A stretch of DNA of 64,000 bases from Candidatus Hermodarchaeota archaeon. Lineage in GTDB: Archaea > Asgardarchaeota > Lokiarchaeia > Sigyniarchaeales > SOKP01. Shown in pieces: positions 10,511-18,769 of this stretch. The position numbers and the translations under genes were made by a program. The DNA lies in NCBI GenBank assembly GCA_048885925.1, contig JBHLLG010000009.1, positions 16,051 through 80,050 of the forward strand, in the 5' to 3' direction. The notes under the pieces were generated by a model. It made no database searches, was not told the origin of the DNA, and worked only from the letters and a program-made list of their open reading frames with translations. Position 1 is the stretch's first letter. Each line of letters starts with the position of its first letter.

Positions 10511-10924
10511 CTAAGATTTTAGGAGCTTAAAGGCTTCATCAAGATCTTCTTCCGAAGCTTGCGTTCTGGGTATTTTAATTCTAAATTTATCATCTTCAAT
10601 ATTTCTTGGTATAATATGAACATGAAAATGTTGAATTACTTGGCCAGCAGCTTCAAAATTGTTTTGAAGAATATTGTATCCATCAATTTTTAATTTTTCA
10701 TGGATTTTTGTTGCTAAAAATTTTACTACTTTATACAATTCAGTAAGGTCATACTCAGGTATATCTTCTAAATTTGAATAATGATTTTTAGGTATAACAA
10801 TTACGTGGCCTTTAGAAATTGGCGATATGTCTAAAAAAGCAAGATTTAAATTATTCTCAAAAATTATTTTTGAAGGAATTTCTTTAAATGTTATTTTACA
10901 AAAAATACAATTTTCGTATTTCAT
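10511..10924 (-). CDS. HIT family nucleotide hydrolase
   Basis: CIFCKI, AFLDI.P, GQVIQHFHVHIIPR. Confidence 0.95.
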   Translation of the reverse strand: MKYENCIFCKITFKEIPSKIIFENNLNLAFLDISPISKGHVIVIPKNHYSNLEDIPEYDLTELYKVVKFLATKIHEKLKIDGYNILQNNFEAAGQVIQHFHVHIIPRNIEDDKFRIKIPRTQASEEDLDEAFKLLKS

Positions 10925-11050
10925 TTTTTTCCCTCTTTATATTTTAAGATGTTTTCAATTTAATTTAACATTTGACTCAAAATTAAAAAATCTTTACTCA
11001 GTTTCATCATATTAGAATATTCAAATTTTCCATCTTAAACCCTTTATAAG

Positions 11051-11875
11051 GTGTTTATAATGTTTCTTCATGAGATAAAAACTATTTTAACAAAAAAGTT
11101 ATGTCCCAAGGTATTTAAATTGAATTCTGAAATATACGGATTACATTATGACCAAGGTAGAACAAATAAATTAATAAAAAAAGTGATGTTAACAATAGAT
11201 TTAAGTTTAGAAGCAATCCATTTTGCGATAATCCACAAAATAAATCTAATAATCTCTCATCATAGCTTAATAAATAATCCCATAAAAAATTTCGAGAAAA
11301 ATATAATAAATAAATTATCTTTACTCTCCAAATACCCTATTTCGATATTTATATTAAATTCGTCATTAATTGCTGCAGAAGGAGGAATTTCAGATACAAT
11401 AGCGAATGCTCTTTATCTAAAAGTAGAAAAAGCTTTTGAAATTAAAACTAAATTCGAATTAAAGATCCCAATTGGTAGAATTTGTTTACCATTAAAATAT
11501 TTAAATAAAAATAATCCCTTTACTTTAGAACATTTAATACAAAGGATAAAAACGAATTTAGATTTAAATTATGTTTCATATGTAGGAGAACTCACCAATC
11601 TTATAAAAAGAATATGTATTGTTGGAGGAGACATATTAAAAACAAAATATATCAATAAAGCTATAAATATGGGATGTGATTGTTTTATCTCATGTAAATT
11701 GGATTATTATAGTGCAATTTTAGCTAGGGATTTAGGGATTAATTTAATAGAAGTATCTCACTATAAAACCGAAATATTAGCGATGAAAAAATTAAATAAT
11801 ATTTTGAGTTTAGAATTCCCTGAAATCGAGTTTTTATTATTTGAATCAAAGGACCCGTTTAAAACTTATATGTAA
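11051..11875 (+). CDS. Nif3/YbgI-like protein
   Basis: LTIDL..EAI, IISHH, IGRI, SHYKTE; start may be the ATG at 11060. Confidence 0.8.
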   Translation: MFIMFLHEIKTILTKKLCPKVFKLNSEIYGLHYDQGRTNKLIKKVMLTIDLSLEAIHFAIIHKINLIISHHSLINNPIKNFEKNIINKLSLLSKYPISIFILNSSLIAAEGGISDTIANALYLKVEKAFEIKTKFELKIPIGRICLPLKYLNKNNPFTLEHLIQRIKTNLDLNYVSYVGELTNLIKRICIVGGDILKTKYINKAINMGCDCFISCKLDYYSAILARDLGINLIEVSHYKTEILAMKKLNNILSLEFPEIEFLLFESKDPFKTYM

Positions 11876-11965
11876 GTTTAATAAAAGTTTAAATTTTTTA
11901 AGATATAATTGAATTTAAAAACTATTTTTTTAAATAATCTAATTAAAATACCCGATAGAAAAAGC

Positions 11966-12547
11966 ATGCCGCTGTTAGAATATAATGGTAAAAAACCACA
12001 AATAAGCCCAAATAGTTATGTATCGCCAATGGCAACATTAATAGGAGATATAAAGGTTAATGATAATGCAATAATTTGGCCAGGATCTATTATTCGCGCT
12101 GAAAATTCACCAATTAATATAGGTGAATATACAACAATCTTTGATGGAGTAATGATGTTTACACGTTCACAAAAAAGTTCAATAAATATAGGAAGATTTT
12201 GTATTATTGAATCGGGGGTAACTCTTTTGGGATGCTTTTTAGAGGATTATGTCCAAGTTAAAGAAGGATCATTACTATATGAAGAAGCATCAATAGGTGA
12301 AGGTGTGATTATTCTTAATAATAGCCAAGTTCCCCCAGGTTTAACAATTCCAGCAAGAACAGTTGTGAGAGGAATTCCAGTGGAACCTGTAAGAGAGCAA
12401 ACCCGTAATGATATGCTTAAACAGAAAGAAAAAGCAGAAAATTATTCTCATCTTTTCATTAAAATCAAAGAATTATTGCCAAATGCTCAAAGTTATTTAT
12501 TAACTTTACCAGATTTCATCAAATTAATATTAAAAGAAAAAGATTAA
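11966..12547 (+). CDS. gamma-carbonic-anhydrase-like left-handed beta-helix protein lacking Zn-binding His
   Basis: KPQI...YV.P.ATLIGDI.....IWPG.IIRAE..PI.IG...G.P...R; start taken at the ATG of MPLLEY. Confidence 0.8.
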   Translation: MPLLEYNGKKPQISPNSYVSPMATLIGDIKVNDNAIIWPGSIIRAENSPINIGEYTTIFDGVMMFTRSQKSSINIGRFCIIESGVTLLGCFLEDYVQVKEGSLLYEEASIGEGVIILNNSQVPPGLTIPARTVVRGIPVEPVREQTRNDMLKQKEKAENYSHLFIKIKELLPNAQSYLLTLPDFIKLILKEKD

Positions 12548-12570
12548 AAAAAATTATTAAATTTTTAACT

Positions 12571-13458
12571 TTATACCATAATATTTAACATCTTCACAAG
12601 TTCTTTATATCTCGAACGAAGAGTTACCTCAGTTACTCCTACTAAATTAGCAATTTCTTTTTGTGAAATTTTTTTATCCTTCTTTTTGCATACTAGATAT
12701 AATGCTCCCGCACACAAACCTTTAGGATCTTTCCCACTGGTAGAAAATTGAGATGTAAATGATTGCAAAATCTTTATTGTTGTATTTTCTGCATCAGCAT
12801 CTAATTCCAATTCTGCTATAAATCTTGGAATAAGAGAAATAGGATCAGTAGAAGGTGCTTTTAAATTTAATTCTCGTATTAAAGTTCTATAACATCTTCT
12901 TACATTTTTGGCACTAATAGATGTCTGCTCTAAAATCTCTTGTAAAGTTCTGGGAATTTTTCTTTCTCTACAAGCAAAATATAAACAAGCAGCGACCATT
13001 CCATTAATAGACCTGCCACGGAGTAATTTTTTTTTAAATGCTTCTATATATAATCTTATTGCGGTCTTTTTAACATGATTTGGTAAATTTAAATTACTAC
13101 CAATTCGCTTTAATTCAGTAGTAGCAATTAACATATTTCTCTTGTCCCAAGTCATGCGTGAATTCCATTTAGCCGCTCTTTTCAAATCAGGACTCTTGAT
13201 ACTAGATTTATCTATAATTGTGCTTAAACCCATATCTGGTAATAAAATTGAAATTGGAGATCCCGTCCTCTCCCTACTTTCTTTTTCTTGTTTTGTAAAA
13301 GCTCTTTTACCACTATGAGAAATATCAACTATTCGCTCATTTATAACTAAACCACACTGACCACAAACATTTTCTCCTTTCTCATGAAGTAAAATAACCT
13401 TGCCTCCACATTCGGGACATAAATTCGAAAAATTACTTAAATCGGATTCAACTTCCAT
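12571..13458 (-). CDS. tfb: transcription initiation factor IIB (TFB)
   Basis: CPECG..CGQCG Zn ribbon, RTG.P, RGRS, PRTL.EI, GKDP.G..AG..Y, VTEVTLR.RY. Confidence 0.95.
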   Translation of the reverse strand: MEVESDLSNFSNLCPECGGKVILLHEKGENVCGQCGLVINERIVDISHSGKRAFTKQEKESRERTGSPISILLPDMGLSTIIDKSSIKSPDLKRAAKWNSRMTWDKRNMLIATTELKRIGSNLNLPNHVKKTAIRLYIEAFKKKLLRGRSINGMVAACLYFACRERKIPRTLQEILEQTSISAKNVRRCYRTLIRELNLKAPSTDPISLIPRFIAELELDADAENTTIKILQSFTSQFSTSGKDPKGLCAGALYLVCKKKDKKISQKEIANLVGVTEVTLRSRYKELVKMLNIMV

Positions 13459-13707
13459 AATCTTAACCCTATTTTATTTTAAAAATTATAAATATTCCAA
13501 TTATCTTACTAATCAATTTTTCAAAACAGATTTTAACCCGTGTACCGAAGAAAATATTGTTATTAATATTGAATAAATCTAATATGACTGAAAATCTAAT
13601 ATATTCTTTGATGCAAATAATATAAATATAAATATATTATATAAATGTTTCGCTCAAAATGTGATTATATGTAGTGAGTAGAACAATCATTTTTAAAAAT
13701 TTAATCA

Positions 13708-14340
13708 TCATAGAAAAAACGGAAGACAAGTGTTAAATCCAAATAAAATCGCTCCAATCACGCCTGAGATTAAATATGTAAGAGCCTTACTTGGATTAGT
13801 TATCAAACGATTATTATTGATAAGGTACCATAAACTCAATAATATATTTAATATTGATATTAATGAACCAAACGAAAAACAATAATATATCGTTTTTTCA
13901 TGTGGAAATTGGGAAGCATTAATCTCTTTTATTCCATTCAAATAAAAAGGATCAATTCCATTAAATGATATGAAATTATAAATTAGTCTATCCGGGAGAG
14001 GATCTAATATCCAGATTAAAAAGTATGTAATATAATTAAATAAAATTCCAAAACCTAAAACAATATAAGAACATCCTAAGATTAATCGTGTTTTCATTAA
14101 AAAATCTTCTTCTTTTTCAATGTTAGAAGTATTAGATCGACGATAAATCCCTCTTAATCTTAATAGTGTTAAGATTCCAATAGATAAAATTATAAAAACA
14201 AAAATATATTTCAAAAATTTACATAAAATTATAAAAAAATCATTAAAAGCAATACACCAATTTTCTAAACCGCTAATTATATCCTTAAATAGATCATCTG
14301 CAGATAAAAGCGTCCTACTATCTAGACCAAAAAAACCCAT
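13708..14340 (-). CDS. hypothetical membrane protein
   Basis: About four hydrophobic segments. Confidence 0.65.
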   Translation of the reverse strand: MGFFGLDSRTLLSADDLFKDIISGLENWCIAFNDFFIILCKFLKYIFVFIILSIGILTLLRLRGIYRRSNTSNIEKEEDFLMKTRLILGCSYIVLGFGILFNYITYFLIWILDPLPDRLIYNFISFNGIDPFYLNGIKEINASQFPHEKTIYYCFSFGSLISILNILLSLWYLINNNRLITNPSKALTYLISGVIGAILFGFNTCLPFFL

Positions 14341-14394
14341 ACTACAATAATATTTAATAATGTGTATTTAAAGTCTACAAAATCTTATATCTGT

Positions 14395-14826
14395 TTAAGA
14401 GATTTTTTCACATTCTTCATTAATAATCTTCATTGTAGCGTTAAAATCCTGCCACCAATCTTGTCCCTGTTGAGCTACTAGCATTGGATCTAGTTTTCGT
14501 GTGTCCAAGCATCTTATCTCTTCTTTTTGGGCTTTAATTTTACCTTTCCATATCTGAGAAATAATATTTGTCAAATTAATTTTTACTTTCTTCACTAATT
14601 CCTCATATGGTACAGATACATCTTCAGTTTTTTGTAACCTTTGAAGCTGATCAAATTTTACCTTTTCTTTTGCCCTATTTAAATCACCACAGCTGATTTT
14701 AATAGAAAAAGGGTCATCTTTGCCGAATTTACAAAACTTTTGAATCTCACATAAAGAACAATAACTTTCAAAACTGATTGTGTAATCCTCAAGACCGATG
14801 ATAGAATAATTTAAAATTTTTGGCAT
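14395..14826 (-). CDS. hypothetical Cys-containing protein
   Basis: 143 aa with CxxCxxxxxC and three further Cys. Confidence 0.65.
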   Translation of the reverse strand: MPKILNYSIIGLEDYTISFESYCSLCEIQKFCKFGKDDPFSIKISCGDLNRAKEKVKFDQLQRLQKTEDVSVPYEELVKKVKINLTNIISQIWKGKIKAQKEEIRCLDTRKLDPMLVAQQGQDWWQDFNATMKIINEECEKIS

Positions 14827-14876
14827 TTGTCTAATTATGTTCTTTAATTATAGAATGTACTTTCAAAACTAAAATA

Positions 14877-15051
14877 TTTTAGGTTGTCCACTTTCATTGA
14901 TTTTATATTCTTCAATTAAATTTTTGTACATTATTGAAAGTAGTTTTGTCATTGGCTTAAAAGGCGAAATTGTTGCCATACATTGGATAATAATCATTTT
15001 TGAATTAATAATCTAAATGTATACAAAAATCATAGGTGGGACAACTGAAAA
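14877..15051. other. multi-stem inverted-repeat element (candidate structured RNA or miniature mobile element)
   Basis: Nested stems GTTGTCC/GGACAAC, TGATTTT/AAAATCA, TTCAAT/ATTGAA, TGGC/GCCA, ATACATT/AATGTAT. Confidence 0.35.
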
Positions 15052-15223
15052 TTATCATGATAAGATTTTTAAAACTTCATATTTAGACTTCGAAAAAAAT
15101 TCAATAAAAGCAAGGGATATATAAAATCTTTAAAATTTTACTTATTTCTAAAGAATTAGGCCCTTCTCTCTAATATAATTTTTGTTTTCTTTAAATAACT
15201 ATTATTTAAATAGATATTATCTT

Positions 15224-16450
15224 ATGTTTAAATCGAAGAGACTTAAATCTAAAACCTATTATAATCTGAACTTTATTTCTTATGTATGTATTTATTTAGT
15301 ATATTCATCCATTTTTGTTTTTCTTAATAATTATTTTCCAATTCTTTTTTTTGACGTATTACATATTAATAGATCCATATTGGCATTAATGCAATTTCTT
15401 GCTTATTCTATTTTATTATTGCGTCCCGCTTTTGCGGCGATAACTGATAAATATCGAATTAAAGGATATCAGCGGAAATATTATATCATATTTTCAGGAT
15501 ATTCAGTAACTCTAATATACATCTTTATTGGACTTACTTTTAGCAATATCTTGATTTTCGGAGTATTGTTAATATTAATTTATCTTTCAAGCACTATGTT
15601 AGATGTGTCTACAAAATCATTAGTTATCGATATTTCACCGACAAATGAAATTAAGAAACGTCATCTTTTTTTTATGTTTGTTGGGGAAGCTTTAGGAAAG
15701 TTTTTCCCTTTCTTTCTATTTTTTCTTTTAATCAGTGATATCTATTCAATAAGTTCTTGGGAGACTTTAATTATCTATAGTTATCTTCTTCTAATACCAT
15801 TGGTAAGTATTTTACCATTTATCACTGAGAATAATCAAAAAAAACCTCAAACTATTGGAAGCTCAGAAAATTTTAATATTTCTGGGAATAATAATTTAGA
15901 TTTTTCTCCAAGATCTAAAATTACAATCATTTTACTTTGCATTTTTGTATTTTTTGCGTTCAGCGATGCAATTTTCATTTATCCTTTCTTTCCGTTTATA
16001 TTAAGTAAATTTGGACTCGAGAATTTTAACCTTTTCAATTTTTTTTTAATTTTCTACTTCCTTATAAGTATAACAAGTAGTGCAATAGGAAGTTTTATTA
16101 TTAGAAGAATAAAACCTAAAAAAATTATATTCATTTTAATTCCAGTAATTGGAATTATATATTCCTTATACAATATTGTCCCCTTTACTTTTTTTACTAT
16201 ATTATATTTTATTGGATGTTCTTTAGGAACAATTTGTAATCTTAATATTTCAGTTTATATAATGAAATATAAAAAGGAAAAAAAATCAATGTATTTTCAC
16301 TTGATTGCATCATTCAGACATCTATCAACCTTCATTTTTCTTCCTTTAGGAACTTTACTCTCTAATTTCGTTACTACAGAATATCTAATTATCATTGGAG
16401 CGATTTTATTAAATCTATCACTGATACCTTTAATATATATAAAACTCTGA
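15224..16450 (+). CDS. MFS transporter (AmpG/BT1-like)
   Basis: About 12 hydrophobic segments in 6+6 layout, RPAFAAITDKY...RKYYI loop, DVSTKSLVID; ORF track starts at 15182. Confidence 0.8.
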   Translation: MFKSKRLKSKTYYNLNFISYVCIYLVYSSIFVFLNNYFPILFFDVLHINRSILALMQFLAYSILLLRPAFAAITDKYRIKGYQRKYYIIFSGYSVTLIYIFIGLTFSNILIFGVLLILIYLSSTMLDVSTKSLVIDISPTNEIKKRHLFFMFVGEALGKFFPFFLFFLLISDIYSISSWETLIIYSYLLLIPLVSILPFITENNQKKPQTIGSSENFNISGNNNLDFSPRSKITIILLCIFVFFAFSDAIFIYPFFPFILSKFGLENFNLFNFFLIFYFLISITSSAIGSFIIRRIKPKKIIFILIPVIGIIYSLYNIVPFTFFTILYFIGCSLGTICNLNISVYIMKYKKEKKSMYFHLIASFRHLSTFIFLPLGTLLSNFVTTEYLIIIGAILLNLSLIPLIYIKL

Positions 16451-16472
16451 TATTATTGGTATTAAAAAAAGA

Positions 16473-18122
16473 CTAAGGAAAAATTATATGTTGTTTCCAG
16501 CTTTCAGGAATAAATGAATAATAATCAACATCCCTATTTTTATACATATAGCTAATTTTAAAATATCCTTCTCTTAAAATTTTGAAATCGCCCTTATCGT
16601 AAAATGGTGTTTTATTTTTTATTTGATGCTGTACAAATTCTTTTAACCATTCATAATTAAGTCTTAAAGATGTAAGAAAATCTAAATTTTTACTCGGTCT
16701 TACAATCTTGTTATAGACTCGATGATTTGCTAGAGGTTTTCTCCACCAATTTTTATAATATATTTTGCCTCCAAACTTTTTCTCACAGTCATTATAAATA
16801 ATGGATCCTGGGAGTGCTTTATAATGTAAAATACTTAAAATAATTTTGTATCTTTCACTTAAACCCTTTCCATTAAATCTCTTTTCTAAGAAAAATCTTT
16901 GATTATCTTTTATAACTTCTTTCGTTTCACTAGGAAGGCCTATAATTAAGTTAACCCATATAATCAAATTAATTTCATTTGAATATCTGATGAGATTCTC
17001 TACTTTCCTTATATATGTTTCAAAATGTCTGTCATTCTTAGAACTAATTTTATTTATATTTTTTAACATTGGAATTGAGGCAGATTCAAAACCAAGATGA
17101 GGTTGGATGTTAAACTTTTTGTAGTGAAGTAGGTCTTCTTTTGTGCATATATTAACTCTATCATAAATTGATATAGTGTAGGGAAAACCCCCTTCCTCGT
17201 TTATAAACTTTCTAAACTTTTCATAGAATTCATTACGAAGCCTTCTTTTTGGGAAGAAAACTGGATCACTAATCATAATTGCCTTAGTTTCTAACCATTT
17301 AGTATCTCTAATTATCCTTAATTCTTCAATACACTTATCTATCGATTTAAACCGGACCCGTTTATGATAAGGTAACTCTCTTCCAGTAGCAGGAGGGCAA
17401 ATCTTACAGTGAAACATACAGTTCCGTCCAAAGTCAATATTCAATCGTCTACCCTTCAATTTATCTTTATATCGTTTTAGAAGGCTAAGATCAATAATAG
17501 GCAACTCATCAAGTGAAGGAAACATTTTTCCTTGAATTATTTCTAAGTCTTCTTTTCTATTTGTCCTTTCTGTTGATTCAATATTCATAAGGTGCTTAAT
17601 TAACTCAAAAAACGCGATTTCACCCTCCCCGGTTATCAAATATTCAAAGATTTTTTTAATTTTTGGAAAAGTTTCATAAATAAAGCTTGGGAATTTATCT
17701 GATTGAAAATCTTCAGGAATAATGGTGGGATGATATCCTCCAACTATGATTTTAATATACGGATTTATATAAGACTTTATTAGGCACGCTATTATTACTG
17801 AATTTAAATATTCATATGAAGAATAACAAGAAATCGCAATGATACTAAAAGGGAACGCTTTATAAAGTTTTAATAAAAACACTTTTGCCTCCTCTAAATA
17901 AGGAGCTAAATCTTTAAAACTAAAAGGTGGTAATTCCTCGAGTCGTAAATCAACATAGATTTCCTCAATCTCCCCTGATAATTCCTCTTTTCTAGAATTT
18001 AAATAATTAGAAATTCTTAAAAAATAGGTATAGATTGCATTATGTCCTTTGAAATCTCCTACTTCTTGTGGGAATAGATAAATAATTCTAAATTTTTCTT
18101 TTTTTTGAGATAGTTTTTCCAT
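16473..18122 (-). CDS. cobalamin-binding radical SAM protein
   Basis: AISCYSS..IVGGYHPT..GEGE B12-domain pattern; GRNCMFHCKIC; GFESAS; IIGLP.E; GGAGGT RBS before the ATG at 18122. Confidence 0.9.
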   Translation of the reverse strand: MEKLSQKKEKFRIIYLFPQEVGDFKGHNAIYTYFLRISNYLNSRKEELSGEIEEIYVDLRLEELPPFSFKDLAPYLEEAKVFLLKLYKAFPFSIIAISCYSSYEYLNSVIIACLIKSYINPYIKIIVGGYHPTIIPEDFQSDKFPSFIYETFPKIKKIFEYLITGEGEIAFFELIKHLMNIESTERTNRKEDLEIIQGKMFPSLDELPIIDLSLLKRYKDKLKGRRLNIDFGRNCMFHCKICPPATGRELPYHKRVRFKSIDKCIEELRIIRDTKWLETKAIMISDPVFFPKRRLRNEFYEKFRKFINEEGGFPYTISIYDRVNICTKEDLLHYKKFNIQPHLGFESASIPMLKNINKISSKNDRHFETYIRKVENLIRYSNEINLIIWVNLIIGLPSETKEVIKDNQRFFLEKRFNGKGLSERYKIILSILHYKALPGSIIYNDCEKKFGGKIYYKNWWRKPLANHRVYNKIVRPSKNLDFLTSLRLNYEWLKEFVQHQIKNKTPFYDKGDFKILREGYFKISYMYKNRDVDYYSFIPESWKQHIIFP

Positions 18123-18281
18123 ATACAACCTCCGTTATTAGTTTGGTTTAATTTAGATTTTTTTTGTTGTATATTATTTTCTATAATTCCTTTTTTAAAC
18201 AACTAAGATTTCTAAAATTAGGTTCATTTTTTTAAAATCTATTAGTTTACTAAATTTTAAAAAACAATTAAGAGTGATAAT

Positions 18282-18353
18282 ATGAAAATTCCAGAGAAAA
18301 AAGCAATTATAACTTTATTATCTGCTATCTTTTTTATTATTTCAAATATTTAA
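18282..18353 (+). CDS. putative 23-aa hydrophobic peptide or signal-peptide remnant (MKIPEKKAIITLLSAIFFIISNI)
   Basis: GAGTGA 4 nt before ATG; basic N-terminus then hydrophobic stretch. Confidence 0.25.
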   Translation: MKIPEKKAIITLLSAIFFIISNI

Positions 18354-18372
18354 AGAAAAGAGGTAAAATATA

Positions 18373-18391
18373 AGAATCCTATTTGGATTCT
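18373..18391. terminator. hairpin between two tiny convergent ORFs
   Basis: AGAATCC-TATTT-GGATTCT, followed by a pyrimidine-rich tract on the minus strand. Confidence 0.35.
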
Positions 18392-18399
18392 AAAACAAG

Positions 18400-18429
18400 T
18401 TAAGCATTTGGTTCTCCAGATAAAGGCAC
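18400..18429 (-). CDS. putative 9-aa peptide MPLSGEPNA
   Basis: GGTGAGGAGGTTGA RBS 6 nt before GTG; TTTAAATA upstream; hairpin downstream. Confidence 0.45.
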   Translation of the reverse strand: MPLSGEPNA

Positions 18430-18769
18430 TTTTTATCAACCTCCTCACCGTTATTTACGTTGAGTAACTTTATATCGTCATTTTGATATTTAAAGTGAAC
18501 GAAAAAAAATTATAATTTTATACGGAAAATTATAAAAATCTCCCCTATAAAAATAAAAACTATTAAGATCAATTAAACTTAAGAAATTTGATTATGTGGG
18601 TAATTTAAAATTAAAAATATCTATTTAGATTTACATCGAAATACTAAAACCGATTATTTTAAAAGAATTTTATTTTTTCACATAACAATTATATGATAAA
18701 ATTATCATAAGCTTATATAAAAAATAAAAAATATCTAATAATTAGGTAAAGAAAATTTGATTTTCTTAT

